Counted from the first letter of the stretch, positions 23,534-36,422 are shown. The stretch: 51,493 nucleotides of DNA from Chiloscyllium plagiosum (GCF_004010195.1 NC_057755.1:5509040-5560532), one strand, 5' to 3'. The notes: generated from the letters alone by a model not told the origin. A program made the numbers and translations.

Positions 23534-24213
23534 TGAAGATCTGATCCGGGTGGGGGAGGGGGGTGCCTCTCTGTTCCGTGATCGGTCAATAAACACGAGA
23601 AATTAGTCTGCTTCTATAAGTCTTTACATTTTATTGTTCACAGCCGGGCACAGATCATTCAGAAACACAGAGGTTAAACACTTCCATGTTACTCAGAGGA
23701 ACTGCGCCCATGGCTTAAAAGAAAGACATTTTTATACTTCTCTTAAAGAGATTTGCAGGCCACAATCATACAGTTCATTCAAACAATTACCAATCAATTT
23801 AACGATATTTTTACAGCAACTTAACCCAATATTTCCTGGAAACCAACTTTGCTTTCCAAAACTTAAGCCATTCTTATCTCACGAACCGTGTTTTTTCACA
23901 TGCACTTGAATGTTAGTTATGATGGTCAGTAGTGTCTTATCTAGTCTTGTTAATTCTGTGCTGTAAAGGAAGCATTGTCTGCTATTCTTTCTTGAGACAG
24001 ACTGTGGTCAAGTCAGTTATGCAGCTTTATCAGGGTTAATAGTCATTTTAAGCAGCTTTAAGCAGAATTGGTAATTTGCAAACGAGAAGCCATTTTGTTA
24101 TGTTGTTCGTATGAAGAAACCATTTTATTTCCACCTAGTAAGAATATGTCTTAAGTAGCTCTTCCTGACAACAACTAGTTACCTCGACCTGTTTTCAGTT
24201 TTTCAGATCCTCA
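23534..24213 (-). repeat. 3' LTR of ERV copy C (680 bp)
   Basis: Reverse complement of 11328-12006 with the same TG...CA termini and PPT. Confidence 0.88.
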
Positions 24214-24404
24214 TCTCCGCTCTTTGGTCGTTCCATGACCACACCATATTATGGGAGAGCATAGATTAGATGCCCTGATGATGCCATTAGTTTCCTACTG
24301 AAGAGCTTTTGCCCGAAACGTCGATTTTCCTGCTCCTCGGATGCTGCTTGATCTGCTGTGCTTTTGCATCACCACTCTGATCTAAACAGATTAGATCAGT
24401 CCAA

Positions 24405-26566
24405 TCAATTGGACGTTAGAAAATGACATACTTCCTTCTTCATCTCCGCCGAACCAGTGGGAGGCAATCGCACGTCCTCATCTTCATTTGGATGGAGAAG
24501 AAGCATTTTCTGGGATGAATCGATGTTGTCAACAGAAGTTATTAGCTTAGCAATCATACATTTAATAATAGCAACGCCATCAAAGAGGCAAATTTAAACA
24601 ATAGCAATATGCATGGCAAGACTTATCAACCAGCTGTACCATGAGCTAAAACCAAATCTCTCCATTCTGTGCCTTCCCTCATTTGAGTGAGGAAGGTGTG
24701 ATTGTTATCTTCATGGTTGGTAATATTCTTGATGATGTCAGTAACCCCAACATACACTTGCCCTTTTCTATGGCGATAAACCATGTTCTTTGGCGAGTAG
24801 GTAGTCGAGGGCGTACCGGTTTTGTTGGGAATCTAGGCGTAATTCTGAGAGCATGTCTTAAACCCCTGCTTAGGCCAAGGCTGTCTCGTTGCCCAAGAGA
24901 CTAACACCGCAAATAAGATAATTTCGTTTTAGATAGCTCATCATTCCAGAAGATCCTCCGAAGGAAAAAGTACGAAGAAATGGATAGTCCACATAGTGAG
25001 CTTCAGTGTTGTCCAAAGCCTGAGCACCTCTCCAATGCATACAGAACTCAGATAAAACTGAACGTTTGGCAGGGAAACTCCAACCTCATTCCCAGGTAGT
25101 TGACAGGGAACCATAGTCGGGAAACGTGTCCCGACAGCTATAGCACGGGGAATACCTATTTCACCAAGAACTGGTAAGTTGGTCTCTTTGCCTTGGCTGA
25201 AAACATAGTAGTTGAAACTTTATTGCTGGAACAGCACAGCAGGTCAGGCAGCATCCAGGGAACAGGAGATTCGACGTTTCGGGCACAGGCCCTTCTTCAG
25301 GGCCTGTGCCCGAAACGTCGAATCTCCTGTTCCCTGGATGCTGCCTGACCTGCTGTGCTGTTCCAGCAATAAAGTTTCAACTTTGATCTCCAGCATCTGC
25401 AAACCTCACTTTCTCCTTGAAAACATAGTAACCAGGTTTAGTATAGATAATGGAGGGAGCTTGCAATAAGAAACAGGCCTGCCTTTGTGACTTCCCGAAT
25501 ACATGTGCAGTCCATGACTCCAAAGTGTGGTTACACTGAACGCTGAAGATGAAAGATGGTCAATGTAAATGTGGTGCGTCCTACGGTAAGAGATGTGGTT
25601 ATTGTCCCAGACTGGTTCCGTCTATCCAACAATGGGGAAGACGGAGGTGCCGTTAGGTTTCTCATAGTGAAGTTTGGTGGTGCTGTTAACCATAGCACAA
25701 AGGGCCTGAACACCAGTAATAACAGGGTTACAAAGGCACACTCCTCCCGTAGGCATATGCATGAGATGCGATGCCCCACAGGGGACCAATCGCCATTGGT
25801 ACATTTAATCAATAGCCTTAGACACATTCACATAAGTGTACCCGCATACCGTTCTGTCTTTACAATTATGATAGGCTACTACGGAGCAAGTCCAAAAGCA
25901 ACAAGCAGGTTAAGTCATAGTCAAAAATATTATGTAGGTGAAAGTGAGGACTGCAGATGCTGGTGTCAGAGCTGAAAAATGTGTTGCTGGAAAAGCGCAG
26001 CAGGTCAGGCAGCATCCAAGGAGCAGGAGAATCGACGTTTCGGGCATAAGCCCTTCTTCTCATCAAAAATATTATGTCCAGTAAACTACATAGAAGCAGT
26101 CCATACCCCTTTGTTGGGATGGTGGCGGAGAGGAGGGGAAAGTGATCAAATAGACCACTTCATCCCCGCCAAATACTTTATTTTGACTTTGAGGAAACAA
26201 CTTTTTCATGAGAGATAATATTCTCCCTTTTCTCTTTTGCAACGTGCCAATTTAAACTTCCTTGAATCGGAGCCAGGCTTACTCGGCCGCTCGAATCACA
26301 ACTGAAATCAAACTGGCACGCAGCACCTTGCCAGGGGAAATACCATTGAGATTTGTCCTGTGAACGAACTGTCCAATCGTCTTGATGCAGTTGATCATTG
26401 TGACAATCATTCTTGGTCACGTTCCATGCATCGAAAGAATCAATCTCTCGGCACAAAAAGACACAGTCTCTGGTTGCTCAAGGTTGTACGGGGAAACCGT
26501 CCCTTCTTGAGCACCAATGCCGGCTACGACGAGTCCATATAGCAGGGTAAGTTCGATCTTCATCAT
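24405..26566 (-). pseudogene. env: ERV env pseudogene, copy C
   Basis: Same motifs as A and B; extra Penelope insertion at 25211-25417. Confidence 0.9.
25211..25417. mobile_element. Young Penelope-like insertion: inverted plus direct pLTR with a 13-bp TSD
   Basis: TGAAAACATAGTA at 25198-25210 and 25418-25430; perfect 83-bp inverted repeat; absent in copies A and B. Confidence 0.88.
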
Positions 26567-27458
26567 CACCCACCTTGCATGGGGCTTGTCTGATGTCTGT
26601 GCAATGAGGGAGTTGCCTGGCGACCTTATCAGCTGCAGTGGTTGTGAGGAGAGACTGGAAGGGCCCCTTCCATCGAGGTTGTAGGCCATGCCATGTCCTT
26701 CATAAGAGAGAAGAACCATTCTCTCCTTTCCCAATTGCGTACAAAAATGCATAAATCAACTAAAATAGGCAGCAACAAAGAAAGAACACAAACTTGTCCA
26801 GCAGGTTTCACCCACATTTCGATTTGAGTATCGTTACGTCCCCAATCTGAGGTCATAAGTTGCGCTCTTCATCAGGGGTTTTTCCCTGTGATTTCTGTAC
26901 TTTACACATAGCTGGCATGCCTAACCCCATATTGTCTCTTTCTGCGTTTTACCGGGGACCCAAAGTGACCCGAGGTTTGGGGGTAAGGCTGGCTGCTTGG
27001 CAGCAGCATCCACTTGCCCATTACGTTGGAAACTGTATCAATTACCTTAGGGTGAGTGGAACATCTTGATAACGGACAGATTGATTGGACAAAACAGCAT
27101 TACAAGGCCGCCCCATGAGCGTTCGAAATATTTTATGTCCCCGCAAGGCTCCAAAATATTGGAACACACAAAGAGCACAATGAAGAATCAATGTATATTA
27201 GTAGATTTTCGTTTTGCTCGAACGCAAGCATGCCGAGTCCCCACGTTAGCTCCAAGATAGCATAAAATACACATCATTCCGGACAGATTGATTGGACAAA
27301 ACAGCATTACAACGCCGCCCCATGAGTGTTAGAAATATTTTATGACCCCGCAAGGCTCCAAAATATTGGAACACACAAAGAGCACAATGAAGAATAAATG
27401 TAGATTAGTAGATTTTCGTTTTGCTCGAACGCAAGCATGCCGATTCCCCACGTTAGCT
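26567..27458 (-). pseudogene. pol: ERV pol remnant, copy C (with a 207-bp tandem duplication)
   Basis: RNase H and integrase termini as in B; 27074-27280 is repeated at 27281-27487. Confidence 0.85.
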
Positions 27459-27475
27459 CCAAGATAGCATAAAAT

Positions 27476-28655
27476 ACACATCATTCCCCAGTGGCCACAT
27501 TTCCACAGTTAAGGCAAGGGCCAGCCACTTGTCTCTGGGGGATTTACTGACTTGTTCTCAGTCTCAAAGGTGTCATACTGGGGTACGCCTGTCCCCATTT
27601 CCAGGGTCCCCTCAGGAAAAGGTTGCTAAAAGGTGGTCGGTGGATGGTAGGTTACGCCCCCAGTGGGTATCCTGGTCCCAATCAGTCCTGTCAGAGCCGG
27701 CACACTGCATTCGGGACCGCGAGGGCACTGGACACAATTGGTTTTACCTTTAACTTGCATTGTGGTTCAGTCTGTTTATGGGTATCCCAATAGAAAACAT
27801 CCACTCACCTTATTTGCGACTGAACATTCCTGAACTTGTTCATACTGTTTGCCTGGATCATGTCAATGACCGCAGGTGGAAAAAGTTGCAAAGGCATAGG
27901 GTTAAACAAAGGTGATTGAGCATCTTGATTATTATTCAATTGTATACCACATCCATCAGACAGATAGCCACATACTTCAGTCTTGTAACACAAGGCATTC
28001 GTATTCAGGCTACTCCCAGAGGTTTGCTGTGTTTATATCTGTATCACTCTTGAGCAAATTCGGCCTTTTTGTTCTTGCGGTCAGCGGCATGCTCTCTTTC
28101 CTGGGATGTGACACAGGCCACTCATCCCCATATGAGCTATGAAGACTGGATGCTTAATTTTCAACAGAAGAAGAAGTTTGTCATAAATGGGAGTGTGCAG
28201 ATGACAATCAGGAGATGTTTGGCGCTGAGCGGGTATCCAGGGACAAAATCACCATCCTCAAATGGGGTCGGTACGCCAGACATTGGCTGGGGATTCTGAG
28301 TAGAATCTACGTTCATTATTTTACATCGTTGTTGCTTTATCACTGTTCGTAAATTCCTCAGTCTTAGTGGCCTTACACTGTTTCGCCTGTCCCTTTTTTA
28401 TCATCTCATGTCCCTTTAATTTTTTCATCTACCTATTCACAACACTTCGCATTTCTTAAGAGTTCCATCTATACATGCATCTATCTCCCAATCACGTACA
28501 AAATTCCTTCAACTGGCCAGTAAGGTATGTATCTACTCTTTAGTTTGCAATACATTAATGCAGCTATGCTTCAAATTAACGATTAAGCACTGAGACAGGT
28601 CACTGACAATGTGTAAAGGAACAAAACCAAGTGATCCTGACAATTAAGCATGCGT
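27476..28655 (-). pseudogene. gag: ERV gag remnant, copy C
   Basis: TGC CTT AAC TGT GGA AAT GT- GGC CAC TGG GGA ATG ATG TGT reads C-LN-C-GNVG-H-WGMM-C (CX2CX4HX4C with a 1-nt deletion) at 27476-27516; PYWPVEG matrix motif at about 28505-28525. Confidence 0.75.
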
Positions 28656-29162
28656 TTGTGATTCAGGGCGAATACAATTGATTATATTAAAATAGTAAAT
28701 AAAATAATCGTTATCTGTAAGTCAGAGCTGAAAATTGAATAAGTGACTAAGACATTTTATAAGTCATCAATATACACTGGAAATTAATTTATTCAGTATT
28801 CAATATATAAATTGCAAAATATGGAATGTTTCTAAATATGAAATTCATTATAATTACCTGGTTTCAATCCTTTAGGCTCCTTCAGTATTCAGTATTCAAT
28901 ATATACTATGCAAAATATGTAATGTTTCTAAATATGAAATTCATTATAATTACCTGGTTTCAAACCTTTAGGCTCCTTAAGCAGTCCTGACCAGTCATTG
29001 TTCATTTGCAATGCTATAAGCCGTGAAATGCCTGCAGCTGCGTTAAAAGGTCTTGTCTACTCACGTGGTAAGAAAAAAATGATCATGCACGAATATTGGC
29101 CGAATCCAAAGACACAGGTATTAACCATAGGACGTTAATTTTGTTACATGATTTATCACAAC

Positions 29163-29864
29163 TTAATGTTGAACTTCAACTTCAATTGTCATTGAGGAAG
29201 GGGAATTGATATCAAATAAAGCTACGACTGGCACACCATAATTCCCAATGAAACACATCAGTCTTAAAATTAAGCCGAAACAAATGAGACTGAAACAATA
29301 TTTAAATTTTCTAGTATCATCTTCTGAAAAGTATCTTGTTTGTCTTGGACATTTTGGATTTATCTTTGTACTTCCAGTTTTACAAATTTTAACTAAATTA
29401 AGTAGGGTTCATGCAACTCCTCCACACAATGAGCAAATGTTAAAGTCTGAAGTGATTTTCCTCCATGTTAGGTTTAGATTATAACTGAAGTTGAGCAGAG
29501 AGCTGCTCTCATCCCGTAACAGTATGATTCTGCACCAGAGACGCAGATTTAGTGTTGTTGCTATACTTCCTTCGATCAATTCTTTCATTAGTACAACACG
29601 TAGAGGTGAGAAGGGTGAAAATTATCTTTGACAGTAGCATGAAATTATGGAGATCTTGAGAGCAGGTTTATACTGATGTCAAATGGTGCAGAATCGAAGG
29701 AGAAGACATTTTAAAAAAATATATAATGTCGTCTTCCTCTGTATTAAACTGATCTGAAATTAAATAAGATCGGCTTTCATGTCAGCACAATAGTGGTTAG
29801 TTAGAAACTGACAGTAGGGCAGTCATGGCCGGTAAGAGGAAGAGGGGTTCATATTTCCTTCCAT
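29163..29864 (-). pseudogene. Pre-gag CNPase-like ORF remnant, copy C
   Basis: FHATVK, QLSAQLQL*, GGKSLQTLTFAHCVE and FIGNYG as in copy B. Confidence 0.72.
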
Positions 29865-30532
29865 AATCACTGATGAATCCTTAACTTTAAAGGAAATCAT
29901 GTTAAATTCCCGAAATGCAAATTTGAAATAGTCCCGGATCTCGAGCTCCAGGGATCAAAATACAAACATTCAACAACAAGTAAATGTGCATCCAAATCAC
30001 AAAGGTTTAAATTTTCTACAAGCCGCAGGGAATCAGCTCTGAGTTTCTCTCCCTCTTTCTCTGTCTCTCACTGTCTCTCACTCTCTTTCTCTCTCTCTCT
30101 CTCTCTTTCTCTCTAGTATTGGAATTCCTGGCGATGCCACATAGCTGCTCAACCAAGTATGCGAGAATTGTATCAGCGGCCAGCTTTCGTTTCTTTGAAC
30201 AAAAGCAGCAACCACCCTCTAAATTTCATGAACAAACAACAAACTCCAAAACAAACAGAACAAAAACACAGCAGGCAAACAATACAAAGCAGCAAAGCAG
30301 GACAAGTTAAGCCGAACAGATAAAACAGTGAAGATAATCTCGACCTAAAGCTTTCAGTAATCAACAAAACGACAATGAAAAACAAGACTAATGATTTCTG
30401 AAAAACATTTTCGACATTCTAAAATCCAGACAGTTTTGTCACGATATATCGCAAAAATGCTTTGTTTCATTTTTCACAGAACAATTTGGGAATCCATTTT
30501 GACGACACCAATCTGACCAAGTCTGTGTCTTG

Positions 30533-30770
30533 ACTCTATCTTCAGGTCCCCGACCTGGAAGTGGGAGTCCCTCACACCCTGGGGTTCCCCGAGCGCTCTC
30601 TTTTAAGAGTCCCCGACTCTATTCACAGGTCCCTAACCTGTTAGTACGAGTCCCAAACACCCTGGGGTTCACTATCCCAGTCTTTTCAGTCTCCCCGAAT
30701 CTATTCACAGGTCCCAACCTGTTAGTTAGAGTCCCCAACTCCCTAGGGTCCCCAATTCCCTGGGGTCCCA
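30533..30770. repeat. About three imperfect ~80-bp tandem repeats in the ERV leader
   Basis: Unit CTCTATTCACAGGTCCC(T)AACCTGTTAGTACGAGTCCC..CCCTGGGG recurs at about 30533, 30608 and 30690. Confidence 0.75.
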
Positions 30771-30981
30771 CACACCTTTCTTTCAAAGTGTATTCTTACT
30801 AGGACCAATCCTTCTTGGCCTGCAATGAGATGCTGAGCAGCGTGGGGTCTAGTTAACCACGACTTGAATGACAGGAAAACCAAACGGGAAAAAATACTCA
30901 CGTCTGCTGGCCGATTTATCTGAAGTCAACAGTAGAGGTCTCAAGGCTCCTCCACTGCTGCCCACAATCCGTCCATGCCGA

Positions 30982-30999
30982 GTCCGAGTCACAGCACCA
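30982..30999 (-). promoter_or_regulatory. Primer binding site complementary to tRNA-His
   Basis: Minus strand TGGTGCTGTGACTCGGAC versus canonical PBS-His TGGTGCCGTGACTCGGAT (16/18), 3 nt after the LTR end ...AGATCTTCA. Confidence 0.88.
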
Positions 31000-31002
31000 G
31001 AT

Positions 31003-31060
31003 TGAAGATCTGGGCCGCCTTGAGAGATGGGGGCATTGTCTGTTCCACGATCAGTCAATG
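31003..31060 (-). repeat. U5 remnant of the 5' LTR
   Basis: GTTCATTGACTGATCGTGGAACAGAC...CAGATCTTCA resembles the 3'LTR end GTTTATTGACCGATCACGGAACAGAG...CAGATCTTCA. Confidence 0.75.
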
Positions 31061-31264
31061 AACATTAGCAATTGAACGTCACACAATTTCCCTCTCCTCA
31101 CACCTTCCCTTTCCCGCGTGCCTTTGCTTTTTCAAGTCGAACAGTGTGGGCTGTTCATCTCCTCACATGAGAGAGGATGAATGGCCTTCTACTGGTTAAC
31201 TTAATCATTTCAAAAATGGGTGAAATTGCCTCCTTCAATTCCTCTGTTACAGTTTTAAGAAGGG

Positions 31265-31580
31265 GCTTTGTTTTCATTCATTCAGGGAATGAGGGCGTCG
31301 TTGCTCGGACCAACATTTTCGCTCATCCGTAATTGCCGAGAGGGCAGGTCAGTGTCAACCACGTTGTGTGGGTCTGGAGTACATTATAGGACTGACCAAG
31401 AAATGGCAGCAGTTCCCCTCTCAAAAGGACATGAGCGAACCGACAACCTTTGGTCTCTTTAATTCCAGACTTTTGCTGAATTGAAATACCATCTTCTGCT
31501 GTGTCCGGGTCCCCAGAACATTACCTGAGACTCTGAGTTGACAGTCCAGTGACAATTCCACTCGGCCATTGGCTCGACCT
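31265..31580 (-). mobile_element. SacSINE1/DeuSINE-like SINE, degenerate
   Basis: Recognisable blocks CCAACATTTTCGCTCATCCGTAATTGCC, GGTCTGGAGT and CCCCAGAACATTACCTG...CACTCGGCCAT. Confidence 0.6.
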
Positions 31581-31599
31581 GATGGAATGCCTGCTCCGG

Positions 31600-32110
31600 T
31601 GTAACAGGATTGGAGGAGGGGCTGAACAAAACCAAACCAACTGCGGATGCTGTAAATAAGAAAAACAACAGCCGTTGCTGTTCATTAAAACAATGCATGA
31701 TCTGCATCAATATGCTACCTCACTCCAGAATGACATCCTGACAACCCAGGCCAGTGCATGAGCCAAACTTCTATTGATGGACTCCATTAGACACCTGCCA
31801 CCTCGGTAATGATACCCAATAACATTTTCCGTCAGGCAGTAGGTACAGAAACCTGACAATGCACAAACAGGTTCAGGGACAGCTTCTGCCCAGCTGTTAT
31901 TAGACTATTGAATGGACTCTCTTGACTCAATTAATGCTGCCCTTTCTAACGCTGACCTCTCCTTTACACCCTGTGCAATTTAACCTGTGTGTCTCTGTCA
32001 AAATCTTTTGTTCTGTAATCGTTGCTTCGTGTGATCTTGCCGTACAGCTCATAAACAAATCTTTTCAGTAAATTTCCATGCACGCCACCATAAATGAATC
32101 CATTGAATCA
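31600..32110 (+). mobile_element. 3' end of a Rex1/Babar-like LINE
   Basis: PSGSRYRNL...NRFRDSFCPAVIRLLN-like C-terminus followed by a 3'UTR. Confidence 0.6.
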
Positions 32111-32269
32111 AACTAAATTCATCCATGCCGATCATATATGCTAAATCACATTCAGCCCATATTCCTCTAAAACCTTTCTGTTCATATACCCACAAGGACT
32201 TTACAAAGGAGAAGGTGAACACTACACCAGAAATGATGGGGACCAGAGGTGAAAGAACCTTCACTGACT

Positions 32270-33215
32270 TTTTATTAGTTGCATCATTTTAACAAAATGT
32301 GCTTCGAGCTATGAACTGGGAACTGTTCGTTGAGAATAACTTGAGGCCTTTGAGAAAGCTAGTGGTAAAAGGAACAGATCTTTGTTTGTTTGTGAAGCCA
32401 GGCCTTGGGGCGAATTGTCAGATGAGTCTGGATTAAAAGGGTGTCTACTGACACCACGACCACCGGGACGAACATCCTGAGTATCAGCAAATTCTTCTCG
32501 ATGACACCAAGTGAACAGACAGCCCGGCCTCCCATTTGGTCCTCTCTCTGTCACGGAGGGATTAGACGACAGCAGACGGGAGAATCTGCACCAGCCGTTC
32601 CCTCTGTCAAAGCTGACCAACACCCTCAAGTCCTTAGAAAAGAGGACAACTTCCAGAGGCGATGGCTGCCCACATGAGTTGTTTTCACCTCTGTGGAACT
32701 TGATCGTCCTGGACCTGCTGGAAGTGGATAACTGTCTGCTTCGGGATAGCCTTTGTGAATACAACAGTAAAGTTATCATCCCTCTCATCTACAGTTAGAA
32801 GGAGGAATACTGCGGGCTGACGACTGGTTTCACTGCTCCATGCAGTTTACAGGATCCTGCATGAGATCATTGCCAACTAGGGCATGTCTCCTGTGGGATC
32901 AATGATTCACCCCGATCAAACCTGTGCTGTAATGTCTCCCACTCGTCAGCGATGTAATTGTCTACATGTGGGATAGTGAGGTTGGAAACCTGCCTTACCA
33001 CCCTGGATCAGGAGAAGGCCATTGACAGGAATCACACACCAGAACATGGGGCGTCCTCTTCAAAATTGGCTTTGGGAACGAGACCTGCAATTGGATGCGA
33101 CTGCTCTGCATCAACAGCGTTAGTGCAGTCTGTGTAAGTGGGTGGGAACCAGAAAGTTTCCCGAACAGTCCTGGAATCAGGCAGCGCCGCCTATTGTCAC
33201 CTTTCCTGTTTGATG
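32270..33215 (+). mobile_element. Tx1/L1-clade ORF2 (RT) fragment
   Basis: LSKLTNTLKSLEKRTTSRGDGCPHELFSPLWNLIVLDLLEV...IIPLIY, LDQEKA and GIRQRRLLSP (QGCPLSP-like). Confidence 0.75.
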
Positions 33216-33239
33216 ATTGTCCAAGAGGTGACTAAATTA

Positions 33240-35900
33240 GCGTTGGGATTCATTAAGATATTTCATACTCTTTAGCCATTGCCTATCCACGGAGATCTCA
33301 GTCCAGGTTTGCCCATTTATTGCCCATCAATTCTTTGTTGTTCTGTTTAGTTAGCTTCAGGGCTCTGAGTTTCATATTCAATTTCTTCATTCTCCAACTT
33401 CATAAACAATTTGAGCATTGTATGGGTCATTCTTCACAAATACAATAATGTTGTGACATAATGCTATCTCATTGTGTTCGTAATTTTTGGAAAATATATA
33501 ACAGATTGCTGCATGCTTACATCTGTGCTCCTGTGTCAATCCAATGCGGCTGGATGGTATAAACTAGTCCTTTCAATGTGCATTCTGGATTCAGGTACTT
33601 GGGCGGTAGTGAACAGTTCAAATATTTGATTTATTGTTTCAGTCTGTTTCTGAACAAATACTTCGCACATCATCATGAAGACAAAATTTTAAAAATATGT
33701 TTCGATAGTTACTATGTTATTTAACAAATATGTTATTGAGGTATGAAAAAATAAACATTAAAGTGCTGGAAATAACCCTTTCCCTAGACCTGTGAGGCAC
33801 CGGAGTGAAGTGTTTGATCTTGAAGTCGAGGATTCAGAAGCACAGCATCGTAAGAGATCGGAATGTGCTTGTGCTGCTTTTCTTTTTCACTCACAGATTG
33901 TCTCCTTCCAATGCCAGCTTCAGTTCCCTCCTAACTCACTTTGATCCCAGATTCCGAAACCTCTGACAGGTCTGATTAAATATTCCCCAATAGTCGCATG
34001 TCTCCACAGCTGGGTAGCAATCCCCATCCAATTAAAACAAAGCAATCTTCGCACAAACTTTAAAACAAAACAATCACAATGTATGCAAGTCGCTCGAGCC
34101 TGAGAAACATTTCCAATGATTGGGATGCCCAAAGTCCTTTCTCATGGAACCGATGTTTGCAGCCAAACCTTCTTCGGCCTGATGAGCACCCAGACTCACC
34201 CATGGACCAGCTTTTCAATTTCTCTCCCGATTTGATAATTCCCACTTTCAGAAACTCATTGTTATATTTTCTCCTGGTAATGATTGGCATGAGGTCGGGT
34301 AGCTGGATTATACTGGATATGAAATCCCTGATTGGGGCCGTTACTCTGTGTCAAATAGGGAGAAGATCAGGCTGATTCTAAAGGGTAAATGTCAGGGATA
34401 CTGAGATGCTGAGAACCTGACTCAGTGAAGGGCTTCCGTCAATGGCTCTGCCTTTATAAATAAAGAGTGAATAATGGCAAGATGCAAGACTCTGAAGGGT
34501 AGACGCCACTGTGGACGAGGACCTCACTCTCCTTACGTTCCACACTTTTCCGCTCCCACCCCTGTCCCACTCAGTCCACCCGACCCCAAAATGTGCTCAA
34601 AGTGTGATGTGACGTTCTCGACTCTCGACACTTTTGAGATAAGAGGCCATCCAGGATTCTTTCAAGTCAGGACAATGATTCTGAAAGAGTCAGTCAGTCA
34701 TTTTGTGAACACTGATGATAACACAGCACCAAACTGACTTTATAAATAGGGGAAAAACAAAATAAAATCAAGTGTTTTGTCCATGTCTATTTGAGTGCAG
34801 CATCGATTGACCAGAATGATAACTGAACTACAAGGATTCAATATGAGGGACAGAAATGCCGCAAGTCCAGGGTAGAATTCCGCACACTTGGAAGGATCTA
34901 AGATGAGTAAAGTTTTCAAGAAAATAATAGAAACTGTTGGAACTGAATGGAACGGAAGAGTTCCCGTTGCCTCTTGATTTTGGACAAGGATAAGCATCAA
35001 AATGTTTATTGGTGGCCTGAAATCTTTCCAAGACTGAATTGGATGAAGAATTTCTCACATTCTTGACATTATATTGAACAAACTTTTTTTGTGTTCACTC
35101 ATTGAACCTATCCTTCCCCTTCTCAGTCTTCCTCTCTCCTTCATGTATTTTACTGTCCTACCTGACATTGTGCTGTCAACAAACATAACACATGATTCTA
35201 TCATCTCAGTCATTGATACAGATTTTAAATGGCTGTGTCACGAGAAATAATAATTATGGTGCGCACTAATATCAGCTCGACAACATGAAGGTGACATATT
35301 TATTCCAGCTCTCGCTTTTCTGTACTTTATCAGTTCTAACAATAAGTCCCATTTCCCCATCACTGCAAGCCTCATTGACAACATTGAATACTGTTCAAAC
35401 ATTTCCAGAATTTGACATTTCTGCTTCATTGTGTGTGCAAATTCCTCCCTTACCTAATTCCTCCACCTTGCTTGAAACTGTTCCATTCCATCATCATTCA
35501 GATTCTTTAAGTTTATTCTCTGTCCATGTGCAATACACTGCAAGAACAGAGAATAACTCACCCCCATGTGCTGCTTCACAGATCATGTGTGTCTTAGAGT
35601 CAGCTCTGAAAAATGTACAGGACATTCGTATCCCGGTAAGAAGATCTGTATTGATTGGAGATTATATCGCCTTTGAGGGTATTTTTCACTGACCTATTGT
35701 ACTTATTTCAATTATTGCTTGAATTGGAGAAGTTACATTTAATTTAGAAACTGTATCCGCGGAGGGCAAGGAATTTGATTGCCATGTTTGATTTATTAAA
35801 ACCTACAATATGACGTATCTATTAATCAACTATCATCGCTTCACAGAACAGCCGCTGATAAGCAGGGAAGCCACATCCCAGTGTTGAGGAGAACATTTTC
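33240..35900 (-). mobile_element. Possible highly degraded L1-like element
   Basis: Weak remnants resembling the L1 endonuclease (WRN..., SAHHNYYFS) and ORF2 C-terminus; by eye only. Confidence 0.35.
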
Positions 35901-36023
35901 AGTGCGACACTCAACAATCGGAATATAATTTCCAAATGGTCAAAGGCAGGGGAAGGACGACATTGAAGTAAAATGAGATTTCAGTGTTGGATATGTGGTG
36001 TTGGGTGCCAATGCTGGTGGACA

Positions 36024-36145
36024 GGGTGGCACAATGGCTGAGTAGTTAGCTTTGCTGCCCCACAGGGTCAGCAGATGATAGCCTTTGCAGGGTCGGTGTG
36101 GACTCGATGGGCCAATGGTCTGCTTCCACGTAGTAAAGATTCTAT
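36024..36145 (+). mobile_element. HE1-like SINE with internal deletion
   Basis: tRNA-like head GGGTGGCACAATGGCTGAGTAGTTAGC..GCTGCC joined to a CR1-like tail GGGTCGGTGTGGACTCGATGGGCC...GATTCTAT. Confidence 0.65.
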
Positions 36146-36422
36146 AATTTTATTCAATATGCATTTTCCAATTATTGCCATTGATCGATTGAGATTTGTT
36201 TCATTCAATAAACATCAGTTCTAAAAAATACCCCGTGACAACTGGCAGTTAACTCATTGCTGTCACCTGTTTGTTCAATTTTGTAAATAAATGAACTGAA
36301 CCACATTGTAATGTAACAGTCCCCCAGGCGATGCCAGCAGGTATAAATCAAAGGCTTTGAGGAGATATCATCACGGAATTGAGTACAGAGAAATTCCAAT
36401 CACAACTTCATTGAGAAAGAAA

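Larger units (their letters stand above)
23534..31060 (-). mobile_element. Class I ERV, copy C (most complete: U5 remnant, PBS-His, leader, CNPase-like ORF, gag, deleted pol, env, 3'LTR)
   Basis: All landmarks present in retroviral order on the minus strand. Confidence 0.93.

Noticed and set aside
30533..30770. CRISPR-like repeat array
   Set aside because: Vertebrate retroviral leader; the units are whole imperfect tandem repeats without unique spacers.
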